DNA of 64,000 nt from the NCBI GenBank assembly GCA_964203335.1, contig CAXNKX010000002.1:113207-177206 (forward strand), given 5' to 3'. Within the stretch, counting starts at the first letter, position 1; each line of letters starts with the position of its first letter. Origin of the DNA: Candidatus Nanopelagicus sp. Lineage in GTDB: Bacteria; Actinomycetota; Actinomycetes; Nanopelagicales; Nanopelagicaceae. The position numbers and the translations under genes are program-made. Of this stretch, positions 47,312 to 56,753 are shown piece by piece. The notes under the pieces were generated by a model. The model was not told the DNA's origin and ran no database searches. It saw only the letters and a program-made list of their open reading frames with translations.

Positions 47312-48152
47312 GTGGATTTTGGGTGCACGAATTAAAACTTTACCGGCAGCCATCGCACCGGTAATAGTTGGAACATCACTTGCAGATCAAATCAAGGTAA
47401 TTAATGCATTACTTGCACTAATAGTTTCACTATCACTTCAAATTGCAGTCAATTACGCAAATGATTTTTCAGATGGTGTGCGTGGTACTGATACCAATCG
47501 AATAGGCCCAACCCGCTTAGTTGCATCTAATTTGGCAACTGCTAGTTCAGTTAAAAATGCTTCCTTTATTTCATTTTTTGTTGCCATAATTGCTGGAACA
47601 CTCTTGGCATTTAACACATCTATCTGGTTAATAGCCGTCGGTTTAATTTCAATTTTGGCCGCATGGGGTTATACGGGTGGTAAAAAACCATACGGATATT
47701 TAGGCTTTGGTGAGGTAGTTGTATTTATATTTTTTGGAATAGTGGCAACAGTTGGTAGCTATTATGTTCAGGTTGAGCAAATATCAAGTAATGCACTACT
47801 ACTTTCGATTCCAATGGGTAGTTTATCTTGCGCTATTTTAGTCATCAATAATTTACGAGACTTAAATCAAGATAAATTAGTTTCAAAGCGAACCATGGCA
47901 GTTAAATTAGGAGATGCTAATACTCGTATTTTCTACTTATTACTACTTGTACTAGCTCAAGTAAGCGCTGCAGCGGCAGCTAGTATTAATAATTATGCCC
48001 TTCTTACCTTGCTCTGGCTTCCACTCACATATAGTGCAGCGAATCAAGTACTTAGGGGGGCAAGTGGTAATAAGCTAATTATAATTTTGGGTAAGACTTC
48101 CAGGCTACAACTTCTGTTAGCGGTAACACTTGCGGTTTCACTATCTATCTAG
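47304..48152 (+). CDS. menA: 1,4-dihydroxy-2-naphthoate polyprenyltransferase
   Basis: GARIKTLPA, NYANDFSDGVRGTD, NNLRD..D....KRT. Confidence 0.96.
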   Translation: MNKWILGARIKTLPAAIAPVIVGTSLADQIKVINALLALIVSLSLQIAVNYANDFSDGVRGTDTNRIGPTRLVASNLATASSVKNASFISFFVAIIAGTLLAFNTSIWLIAVGLISILAAWGYTGGKKPYGYLGFGEVVVFIFFGIVATVGSYYVQVEQISSNALLLSIPMGSLSCAILVINNLRDLNQDKLVSKRTMAVKLGDANTRIFYLLLLVLAQVSAAAAASINNYALLTLLWLPLTYSAANQVLRGASGNKLIIILGKTSRLQLLLAVTLAVSLSI

Positions 48153-48176
48153 GTATATAGGGTATAAAATAGAAGC

Positions 48177-48428
48177 ATGATTAAATATTTAATTATTCTA
48201 GCTATAGTAATTGATATTTATACCTTAGTTGACTGCGCAATTACCCCTCAAGAAAAAGTGAGAAGATTTCCAAAATGGGCTTGGCTATTAATTATTGTTC
48301 TTACTGGAATCATCGGAGATATTGCATGGTTTATAGCCGGCCGACCAAGAAAGCCTGGGCAAAACCGTGGCGGTAAAGGTCGGATCATTCCACCCGATGA
48401 TAATCCTGATTTTCTAAGAAAGTTATAA
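48177..48428 (+). CDS. PLDc N-terminal domain small membrane protein
   Basis: YTLVDC..PKWAWLLII..G.IAWF..GRP; PDDNPDFLR tail. Confidence 0.85.
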   Translation: MIKYLIILAIVIDIYTLVDCAITPQEKVRRFPKWAWLLIIVLTGIIGDIAWFIAGRPRKPGQNRGGKGRIIPPDDNPDFLRKL

Positions 48429-49322
48429 ACCAGAGTAAGTGTGACGGCCAGTTCCCCAAACATTTACATATATGTAATTAAATAAAAATGTTGAACCAGC
48501 AAATAAGCAAAGCCATGCTGCCTTACGTCCTCGCCATCCCACTGTTACACGCGCATGCAGGTATGCAGCATATGCAACCCAAGTAATAAATGCCCAAGTT
48601 TCTTTTGGATCCCATCCCCAATAACGTCCCCATGCAGCCTCCGCCCAAATTGCACCAGCAATAACTGAAAAACTCCATAACGGAAACACCAATGCAACTA
48701 ATCGGTAAGAAAGATTATCTAGCACCTCAAGTGTTGGTAATTTTAAAGCCCAATTAGGTCTTACGCCTTTTTGTTCATATCTATCTAAAATTAAATAAGT
48801 CCCAGCAATGCAATTAGCAAGTAGGAAAACTCCACCTGAAATAATTGCTGTCGAAACATGAATTACAAGCCATGGTGATTTAAGAGCCGGAACTAGCGGC
48901 GCACTTGGCCGATAAAGCAAAGTAATTGCTGTTCCAAGGGTTAATAAGACTGCAATAGCTACTGGTAGGCCTAAAAAGCGGATTTTATATTTCTTTAAAC
49001 CAAATAAGTAAGCAGCTGAAAAGGCTAATGCACCAGTAATTGAAAACTCATACATATTTCCCCAAGGAACTCGATTGGCAGAAATTCCTCGTAAAACTAC
49101 GGCAACTAGTAAAAGTAGAAATCCAATTATCATAAAAGCTGAGGCGAGTCTTCCAACTCTTTCAGTACGGGAAAAATCTAGCTTGGTTTTTTTAACTGAA
49201 GCTACAGGAGTTTTAATTGACCAAGCAACCTCAACAGCATGTGTTAAAAAGGCTAAGGTATAAAGAGCCATAGCAGCATAAATAAAATCGTTTGATAAAA
49301 GTGCTGCTACTTTATCGCTCAT
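48423..49322 (-). CDS. ccsB: Cytochrome c biogenesis protein CcsB/CcsA (ResC, WWD domain)
   Basis: PWGNMYEF, WAEAAWGRYWGWDPKETW, HTYSGL. Confidence 0.96.
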   Translation of the reverse strand: MSDKVAALLSNDFIYAAMALYTLAFLTHAVEVAWSIKTPVASVKKTKLDFSRTERVGRLASAFMIIGFLLLLVAVVLRGISANRVPWGNMYEFSITGALAFSAAYLFGLKKYKIRFLGLPVAIAVLLTLGTAITLLYRPSAPLVPALKSPWLVIHVSTAIISGGVFLLANCIAGTYLILDRYEQKGVRPNWALKLPTLEVLDNLSYRLVALVFPLWSFSVIAGAIWAEAAWGRYWGWDPKETWAFITWVAYAAYLHARVTVGWRGRKAAWLCLFAGSTFLFNYIYVNVWGTGRHTYSGL

Positions 49323-50760
49323 TACTCAACTCCCTTACTAAATCTTTTATTTCATTCTCTAACCCTGGAATTGCATTTTTTGCAAGACCTGCAATTTCAG
49401 TTTTTCTACCTTGCTTAATCCAAACTCTTCTTTGTCTAGTAACTAATGATATTAATAAACCTAAGATCGCAAGTATTGCACCTACTAATGCATAACCTTT
49501 GCCAGGATCATTAACAATTTGTAAGTTAACCCAAGATTTCCAACCTGTAAATGTGATACTGCCCTCACCAAAATCATAAGTTTCGTTAAGTACTAAGGCT
49601 TTAAGACCAATTCTCTGCATCTTGCTGGTATCAATTCGATACACAGATTGTGGGACACCGGTGTTAAGACCTAAATCACCTTGCCAAATTGAAATTAATA
49701 ATCTTGGGTCCAGCACCTCTGGGTATGAAGAAAATCCTCCACGTACTGGATCTCTATCTGCGGTGGGTAAAAAAGAAGAGACAAATCCAATTTGAGGGTC
49801 CATATCGGGCACTTTAATTGCGCCAATCGATGAAAGATTTCCGTCCTGAGGTAGAAAAGTAACTGGTCCATCTAATACAACTTTGCCACTCTTATCTTTT
49901 ACGATCACTGTTGGTGAATAACCATTTGCTTGTAAATATATTTTGGTACTTCCATACTTTAGTGGTTTATTTACTTTTATAACTTCATCTCTTTCTGATG
50001 AGCCTACTGGGTTAGCAGTATTAATTGTGAGGGTGTAATCCAATGGCGCATTTGTTGTTGGATCATATTCAGCTTTAAAGGCTTTTGCGGTAATTGAAAA
50101 TGGTGGCAATGAGTCTTCAGACTGATACTTACCAAATCCTAAAATATCATATGAAGTTGGTGTGTTTATAAAACGCTCTCCAACATTTAGTATGGCATCG
50201 CCTTTACTGCCAAATAATGAGCCAATACCAATAGCAATTAAAACTAATACAAGAGATAAATGAAATAAAAGGTTTCCACTCTCCCTTGCATAACCTTTTT
50301 CTGCAGATATTGAGTCAATATCCCTGCGAATTCGAAACCCCTTCTTCTTTAAATATTTCTCAGCCAAATCTAGGTCTACTTTTTTAATTTCGGTAAAAAA
50401 CTCCATCCGGTCTAAATTTTTTGGAGTAATTGGTGGTTTTGCGCCAATAGCTTTTAAGTGTTCAATACTCCTAGGTAGGACACAACCAATTAATGAAATA
50501 AACAGAAGTAGATAAATTGCGCTAAACCAAGGTGATCCATAAACATCAAAAAGACTAAATCGATCTAGCCACTTTGCTGTTGCTGGATCGTTAACAAAAT
50601 ACTCTCTAACTTTTAATGGGTTTTGTGTGCGCTGTGGGAATAAAGATCCAGGTATAGCTGCAATGCTTAGTAAAAGGAGCAAGATTAAGGCTGTGCGCAT
50701 ACTTGTTAATTGTCGCCAGCACCAGCGTAGGAATGACCTACTATCTAAAACAGTACTCAT
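49312..50760 (-). CDS. resB: Cytochrome c biogenesis protein ResB
   Basis: WRQLTSMRTALILL, SLIGCVLPR, GNLLFHLS; start placed at ATG 50760. Confidence 0.95.
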   Translation of the reverse strand: MSTVLDSRSFLRWCWRQLTSMRTALILLLLLSIAAIPGSLFPQRTQNPLKVREYFVNDPATAKWLDRFSLFDVYGSPWFSAIYLLLFISLIGCVLPRSIEHLKAIGAKPPITPKNLDRMEFFTEIKKVDLDLAEKYLKKKGFRIRRDIDSISAEKGYARESGNLLFHLSLVLVLIAIGIGSLFGSKGDAILNVGERFINTPTSYDILGFGKYQSEDSLPPFSITAKAFKAEYDPTTNAPLDYTLTINTANPVGSSERDEVIKVNKPLKYGSTKIYLQANGYSPTVIVKDKSGKVVLDGPVTFLPQDGNLSSIGAIKVPDMDPQIGFVSSFLPTADRDPVRGGFSSYPEVLDPRLLISIWQGDLGLNTGVPQSVYRIDTSKMQRIGLKALVLNETYDFGEGSITFTGWKSWVNLQIVNDPGKGYALVGAILAILGLLISLVTRQRRVWIKQGRKTEIAGLAKNAIPGLENEIKDLVRELSNER

Positions 50761-51491
50761 TATAAAATTGGAATAAATCCGGAGATTAAATCTCTCATAG
50801 AGTTCATTAAATTGTCCCAAAAATTACTTACCTGCATTACACCAATTATTATTAAAACTACTCCACCAACTTTTGTTACTAAATTTCCTTTTCTAGCAAT
50901 TATCTTTCGCATTGGTTCCGCTTTATCCAAAAATAACCCCATTAATATGAATGGTAGCCCAAGGCCTAAACAGTAGGCAGTAGATAAAATTGCTCCACGT
51001 TGTGCAGTTGCACTTTCAAATGCCAGTACCTGAACTGCGCCCAGTGTTGGTCCGATACATGGAGTCCAACCAATTCCAAAAGCAAATCCTAAAAACGGAG
51101 CTGAAATCAACCCTGTTCGAGTTTTCCAAGCTGGCTTATAACTTCTATAAAACTTTTCGTTAAGTAAAAATATAAATCCCAAAGCAATTATTAAAAAGCC
51201 AAGTACTACTGAGATTATTCTTGAGTTTTCAAAAATTATAGAACCTAAGCCACCAAATAAGAGGCCGTAAGAAATAAATAGAACTGTGAAGCCTGAAACA
51301 AATAGTAGCGAACCGAGAAAAACCCTACTTCTACTTTTAGTATCACTCATTCCAGATGCGTATGAAATATATCCAGGTACAAGTGGAATTACGCATGGTG
51401 AAAAAAATGAAATAAGTCCGGCAATAACTGCCACAAATATTGCAATTAATAAGTTCCCATCAAATACTTGGTTTATGAAGAAATCACGCAT
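50760..51491 (-). CDS. ccdA: Cytochrome c biogenesis protein CcdA
   Basis: SFFSPCVIPLVPGY and GWTPCIGPTL. Confidence 0.96.
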   Translation of the reverse strand: MRDFFINQVFDGNLLIAIFVAVIAGLISFFSPCVIPLVPGYISYASGMSDTKSRSRVFLGSLLFVSGFTVLFISYGLLFGGLGSIIFENSRIISVVLGFLIIALGFIFLLNEKFYRSYKPAWKTRTGLISAPFLGFAFGIGWTPCIGPTLGAVQVLAFESATAQRGAILSTAYCLGLGLPFILMGLFLDKAEPMRKIIARKGNLVTKVGGVVLIIIGVMQVSNFWDNLMNSMRDLISGFIPIL

Positions 51492-52023
51492 CAGCTATCA
51501 CCATCTCTAGCATTTTCTTTAAGGTAGCAACAGTTGCTTCACCACTTATGCGGACCGCTACCTTTCCCTGCTTATCAATAATTAATGTGGTTGGGATCGC
51601 ATTAGGAATTAAAGATCCCTTAAAGTCAACTAAAATTGAATCATCAATAAATGTTGGGTATGTAAGTTTAAAGTTTTCATAAAATGCTTTAGCAGAAGAA
51701 ATATTGTCACGAGTTAGCACACCTGCAAATTGAACTTGAGGATATTGAATTGAAAATTCCTGTAGTAATGGGGCCTCAGCTCTACATGGTGCACACCATG
51801 ACGCCCATACGTTAATTACTGTTACTTGATTTGAATTAAGTGTAATAACTCCAGTGGTTAATGTTTCTCCAGAAAATTTTGGGGCATCTCTTCGATCAGA
51901 TTGCTTGATATAAACTGCTGCTCCACTTCCTGAAACATAGGAATTTTCACTTGTATTAGAAAGTCCTCCCCCTGTACAACTTGTTAATAGTAAGGAGGAT
52001 AAAACAATAAATAGTAAATTCAT
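51484..52023 (-). CDS. TlpA/ResA family thiol-disulfide reductase, lipoprotein
   Basis: LLTSC lipobox, WASWCAPCRAE, AIPTTLII. Confidence 0.93.
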   Translation of the reverse strand: MNLLFIVLSSLLLTSCTGGGLSNTSENSYVSGSGAAVYIKQSDRRDAPKFSGETLTTGVITLNSNQVTVINVWASWCAPCRAEAPLLQEFSIQYPQVQFAGVLTRDNISSAKAFYENFKLTYPTFIDDSILVDFKGSLIPNAIPTTLIIDKQGKVAVRISGEATVATLKKMLEMVIADA

Positions 52024-52643
52024 TATTTTGCCGGTAATAAATGCTTAGCAGGCTCTGAATATAAAACGGATTCAATCATTCCTTCAGTATCTAATTTAAA
52101 TGAAGTTACTGAAGCAAGTGTGCATTGTCTTTTTCGTGGATCATGAATTAATCGACGTCCTTCAATAGCACTACGCAGTATCCAAATTGGTAACTGATGT
52201 GAAACACAAATAGCATCTTTGCCAGCAGCTGCGTCCCTAGCGGCAAACAAACCTTTTAGCATTCTATTAATTAGTTGTTCATATGGTTCACCCCATGACG
52301 GTCGCCATGGATTCCAAAGATAGCGCCAAGATTTTGGGTGTTTTAATACACCGCTACCTAACTCGAATTTCTTTCCTTCGAATATATTACTTGCCTCAAT
52401 TAAATTTACATCACTGGTGAGCGGCAAATTGTGTTGTTTAATAATTGGCGCAACAGTTTCCTGCGCACGCTGTAAGGGTGAAGCATGAATTGCTCCTAAA
52501 TTTAAATCTTTTGACCATTGAGCAATTACTTGCGCCATTTGTTGGCCGCGCTCACTTAATCGCCACCCTGGTTGAAGACCATAAAGAATCTTTTCTGGAT
52601 TATGGACTTCACCATGTCTGACAAAGTGAATTGTTTGTGTCAT
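52023..52643 (-). CDS. Histidine phosphatase family protein
   Basis: VRHGE, ASPLQRAQET, VSHQLPI; usual first gene of the actinobacterial ccs block. Confidence 0.93.
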   Translation of the reverse strand: MTQTIHFVRHGEVHNPEKILYGLQPGWRLSERGQQMAQVIAQWSKDLNLGAIHASPLQRAQETVAPIIKQHNLPLTSDVNLIEASNIFEGKKFELGSGVLKHPKSWRYLWNPWRPSWGEPYEQLINRMLKGLFAARDAAAGKDAICVSHQLPIWILRSAIEGRRLIHDPRKRQCTLASVTSFKLDTEGMIESVLYSEPAKHLLPAK

Positions 52644-52693
52644 GGTGTAAGCATAAAGCAGAGGAATTCAGCCTTGTTCGCTAAGGTAGTGAT

Positions 52694-53464
52694 ATGGCGC
52701 TCACAGAAAAAAGAGTTGCATTTTTTGATGTTGATAACACCCTACTTAAGGGATCTACGCTCTTTTTTCTTGGACGTGGGATGTACCAAAGGGGATTTTT
52801 CACAAAAAAAGACATTTCTGCTTTTGTATTAGCAAACCTTCGATATCGCCTTACTGGTAAAGAAAATAAAGATGAAATAGCTAGATTTCAAAATGCTGCC
52901 ACTGATTTTATAAAAGGACATAACGTGGTTGAGATTGAAAAAATTGGACAAGAGATTTATGAAGAGTACGTCTCCCCTGCAATTTGGCAGGGCACAGTTG
53001 AAATTGCACAGGAGCATCTCTCAAAAGGTGAAGAAGTCTGGTTAGTAACTGCTACACCACTTGATATGGCTAACTTAATGGCAAAAAGATTGGGTTTTAC
53101 TGGCGCACTTGGTACAAAAGCTGAAACTGAAAATGGTATCTACACTGGAAAAATGATTGGAAATTTATTACACGGAAAGGAAAAGGCAAAGGCAATAAGT
53201 GAGTTAGCAAATAAAAATAGTTTTAATCTAAAGAATTGTTACGGATATTCAGATTCCCACCACGATATTCCACTCCTTGAAGCAGTTGGTTACCCACGTG
53301 CAATTAATCCAGATACCTTGCTTGAAATTAGGGCATACCGGGATAACTGGCCAGTCTATGACTTCAGGCGAGCTCGTAGAATTAAAAAGTTTTTTGGGCC
53401 AATTGCTGGTCGTTTGGCTGCACTTGCCTCACTACTCTCACCAAGAAATCGTAAAGGTAAATAG
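52694..53464 (+). CDS. HAD-IB family hydrolase (SerB1-like)
   Basis: AFFDVDNTL, LVTAT, GKEKA, YSDSHHDIPLL. Confidence 0.93.
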   Translation: MALTEKRVAFFDVDNTLLKGSTLFFLGRGMYQRGFFTKKDISAFVLANLRYRLTGKENKDEIARFQNAATDFIKGHNVVEIEKIGQEIYEEYVSPAIWQGTVEIAQEHLSKGEEVWLVTATPLDMANLMAKRLGFTGALGTKAETENGIYTGKMIGNLLHGKEKAKAISELANKNSFNLKNCYGYSDSHHDIPLLEAVGYPRAINPDTLLEIRAYRDNWPVYDFRRARRIKKFFGPIAGRLAALASLLSPRNRKGK

Positions 53465-53496
53465 AGCACTTAAAACCCGAGTAAAGTAGGCCAGTT

Positions 53497-55689
53497 ATGT
53501 CTACTGCCGCGATCACTTTTGCAGATGAGCTGCGTGCGCGATCAGATGAAGACCTTGAGTTAATTTTTCAATACCGGCCAGATTTAGTTTCACCAGTCCC
53601 AAATGATTTCTCTTCCCTTGCTGCACGTGCCACCTCAACTCCTTCATTAGTTAGAGCACTGGATTCATTAAACATGTGGCACTATCAAATAATTGAAGCA
53701 GCTTGTGTGCTACCTGAACCATTTAAAAAATCAGAGTTAGTTTCAGTAACTAGTGAAGAAAGTACATTTGCACTGGATTACCTATGGCAAATGGGCTTGT
53801 TATACAAAGAAGGTAATAACTTTCGAACACCTACAAATTTAAAGCTTTTAATTGGTGATGAACCAGCTGGTTTAGGCCCACAATCAAGCGGTAAGGTTGA
53901 TTTTACAAAACTAAAAGACGTTCCTAAATCATCAGCTGATGTATTAGAAAAACTAACTTGGGGTCCACCAAGAGGTTCAATTACAAATATTAAAAAGCCA
54001 GGTACTGCTATTGGTTGGCTACTTGAGAAAAATATTTTAGTTGCGATTGACTCACACACTGTTGCCCTGCCCCGAGAGTTTGGTATAAAGCTTCGACAAG
54101 GGAAAGTTCATAAAGAATTAATTACTACTGCACCTGCTTTAACTGGAAAAGAAGTAGCCCAAAAACAGATTGATTTAGCGGCAATTGCCAACATTTCAAC
54201 TATTTTAAGATGGTGTGAAGAGTTATTGCATAATCTATCTGATGAATCACCCACCGCACTTCGTACCGGTGGAATAGGAGTTAGAGATCTAAAAAGAATT
54301 GCAGAGCATTTAGGTGTTGATGAAGCATGCGCTGGATTCGTTGCAGAACTTTGTTATTTAGGTGGATTAGTTGTTGTTGATCCAGATGATCAAATATTAC
54401 CAACATCTGCCTTTGATATTTGGTTAACAAAACCAGCGGAAGAACGCTGGTATTCACTTGCAGTTCTATGGCTTGATACATCAAGAGTCAGTGGCTTAAT
54501 TGGTAAAGTAATTGATAAAAATATTGCACCCCTTGGACCAGAGCTAGACCGTGCTGGAGTCTCTTTAATTAAAAGAACAACATTGAAAGTTCTATTAGAA
54601 AATCCAAAAATTTCACCAGAGATGAAATCAATACAAGAGGTAGTTAAATGGTGGAATCCACAGCGAGTGAATAGTGATTTTATTGAGTGGAACCTAAGAG
54701 AGGCAGAGTGGCTAGGAATAACTGGACAAGGTGGAATATCAACCTTTGGCAGTAACCTGCTTAACGCAAGTGAGTTACTTGGAGTTGAAGCTGCACTTCC
54801 TAAACCAGTTGATCATATTTTAATTCAAGCAGATAACAGCGCAGTTGCTCCAGGGCCACTAACCGCTGAACTATCAGCTGAAATGGGAACGATCGCTGAT
54901 ATTGAAAGCAGGGGTGGTGCAACTGTTTACCGATTTAGTGAAGCATCTATTAGGCGGGGTCTAGACCACGGTAAAACAGGTGAACAAATAAAGACGTTTT
55001 TAACAAAAACTTCTAAAACTCCTATGCCGCAGCCATTAGATTATTTAATTGCAGATGTTGCTAAACGTCATGGCAGGTTAAGAGTTGGAAGTGCTCATAC
55101 GTATATTAGATGTGAAGATGAAGGATTAGTTCAGCAAATATTACACGATAAAAAATGTGAACACTTACGACTTAGAAAAATTGCTTCACAAGTTCTAGTG
55201 ACTGAACTTGAACTACCTGAAATTATTAGCGAGTTAAGAGAATACGGTTACTTACCTGCTGCAGAAAATGCCAGTGGTGTATTGCTTTCACAACCAAATT
55301 TAAGACGAGCAAAATCACGACCTAAGCCACCTCGAATTATTTCAGAGTTTACTGCGCCCAAGGCAAGTGTTGTTTTAGCAGCGGTTAAAACAATTAGAGC
55401 AGGAGAAAGAAGTAGAAAAGTTGAACCAATTGTTGCTGGTACCTCATCTAATGAAACTCTGGCGCTCATTAATCAATATATTGATGAGCAACGCACTTTA
55501 GTTATTAGTTATGCTGATAATAATGGTGGAGTTTCAAACCGAATTATTGAGCCAATATCTATTTCACTTGGCACCCTAACCGCTCGGGATGAGACAACTG
55601 GAGAAATTGCTCAATTTCGAATACCTAGAATCAATGGCGTAGCACCGTCACTCACCATTTTGGAAAATAAGGCAGACTTAGACCTATGA
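53497..55689 (+). CDS. XPB-associated protein: Helicase_C_3 (XPB N-terminal-like) domain plus C-terminal WYL-like domain
   Basis: ILIQADNSAVAPGP..ESRGGATVYRFS..RHGRLRVG; C-terminal LVISYADNNG..SNRIIEP..FRIPRI; no Walker motifs; operonic with XPB. Confidence 0.88.
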   Translation: MSTAAITFADELRARSDEDLELIFQYRPDLVSPVPNDFSSLAARATSTPSLVRALDSLNMWHYQIIEAACVLPEPFKKSELVSVTSEESTFALDYLWQMGLLYKEGNNFRTPTNLKLLIGDEPAGLGPQSSGKVDFTKLKDVPKSSADVLEKLTWGPPRGSITNIKKPGTAIGWLLEKNILVAIDSHTVALPREFGIKLRQGKVHKELITTAPALTGKEVAQKQIDLAAIANISTILRWCEELLHNLSDESPTALRTGGIGVRDLKRIAEHLGVDEACAGFVAELCYLGGLVVVDPDDQILPTSAFDIWLTKPAEERWYSLAVLWLDTSRVSGLIGKVIDKNIAPLGPELDRAGVSLIKRTTLKVLLENPKISPEMKSIQEVVKWWNPQRVNSDFIEWNLREAEWLGITGQGGISTFGSNLLNASELLGVEAALPKPVDHILIQADNSAVAPGPLTAELSAEMGTIADIESRGGATVYRFSEASIRRGLDHGKTGEQIKTFLTKTSKTPMPQPLDYLIADVAKRHGRLRVGSAHTYIRCEDEGLVQQILHDKKCEHLRLRKIASQVLVTELELPEIISELREYGYLPAAENASGVLLSQPNLRRAKSRPKPPRIISEFTAPKASVVLAAVKTIRAGERSRKVEPIVAGTSSNETLALINQYIDEQRTLVISYADNNGGVSNRIIEPISISLGTLTARDETTGEIAQFRIPRINGVAPSLTILENKADLDL

Positions 55690-56753
55690 CCGCTATTGCC
55701 GATATCCAGCGTTTAGTTGAGTGCGAGTCACCCACTGAAGATTTAGCTGCATGTAATCAGATAGTAAATCTTGCTGTTGAAATTGCCAGTCAGGTTTTAA
55801 AAACGAAGGCAGAAACTATCTCTGAAAATGGTAGGCCAGTATTTTGGTGGGGATCTAAGCAACCAAAGATTGTTTTACTTTGCCATTTAGATACGGTGTG
55901 GCCGAAGGGTTCATTTCTACCAACTTGGAAAGTAAATGGAGATATTGCAACTGGCCCAGGTGTTTTTGATATGAAAGCTGGCTTTGTTCAAGCACTTTAC
56001 TCATTAGCAAATATTGATAATGCTAAAGATAAAATTGCGTTAATTGCAACTACCGATGAAGAAACTGGCAGCATTACTTCCAAAGATTTAATTAATAGAG
56101 TATCAAAAGCTGCAGAAGCAGTATTGGTTTTTGAAGCTTCACTTGATGGAAAAGTTAAAACTGGTCGTAAAGGTACTTCGATGTATCAAATAAATGTTAC
56201 TGGTCGTGCATCACATGCTGGGTTAGAACCAGAAAAGGGAATAAATGCAACAACTGAATTGGCAAAATTAGTAGTGCAAATTTCTGCACTTGAGAATAAA
56301 GAATTTGGAACTACTGTGGTACCAACTGTTATGCAATCTGGAACCACAACTAATACTGTTCCAGCACTTGCGAAATTAGATATAGATGTCAGATCGTTTT
56401 CAATACTGGAACTAAATAGAATTGATAAGGCGATTAAGTCACTAACTAGTGATGTGGCTAGCGTTGAGGTAACTGGTGGAATAAATCGGCCACCACTTGA
56501 AACTGTAAATACTAAAGATCTTTATGTGAAGCTAGAAAAGGTTGCAAAGGATTTAGGTTTACCGGAAGTAGGCAGTGCAAGTGTCGGTGGCGCTAGTGAT
56601 GGAAACTTTGCGGCTGCAGCTGGAGCTAAAGTTTTAGATGGATTAGGTGCTATCGGTAGTGGTGCTCATGCATTAACTGAATCAATAGTAATTTCTTCAG
56701 TAGAGCCAAGGATTAAATTAACTACTGCATTTATCAATGAGTTGCTTAAATGA
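55686..56753 (+). CDS. M20 family metallopeptidase (glutamate carboxypeptidase-like)
   Basis: HLDTVW, GPGVFDMKAG, TDEETGS, GRASHAG, GGASDGN, GAHA..E. Confidence 0.93.
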   Translation: MTAIADIQRLVECESPTEDLAACNQIVNLAVEIASQVLKTKAETISENGRPVFWWGSKQPKIVLLCHLDTVWPKGSFLPTWKVNGDIATGPGVFDMKAGFVQALYSLANIDNAKDKIALIATTDEETGSITSKDLINRVSKAAEAVLVFEASLDGKVKTGRKGTSMYQINVTGRASHAGLEPEKGINATTELAKLVVQISALENKEFGTTVVPTVMQSGTTTNTVPALAKLDIDVRSFSILELNRIDKAIKSLTSDVASVEVTGGINRPPLETVNTKDLYVKLEKVAKDLGLPEVGSASVGGASDGNFAAAAGAKVLDGLGAIGSGAHALTESIVISSVEPRIKLTTAFINELLK

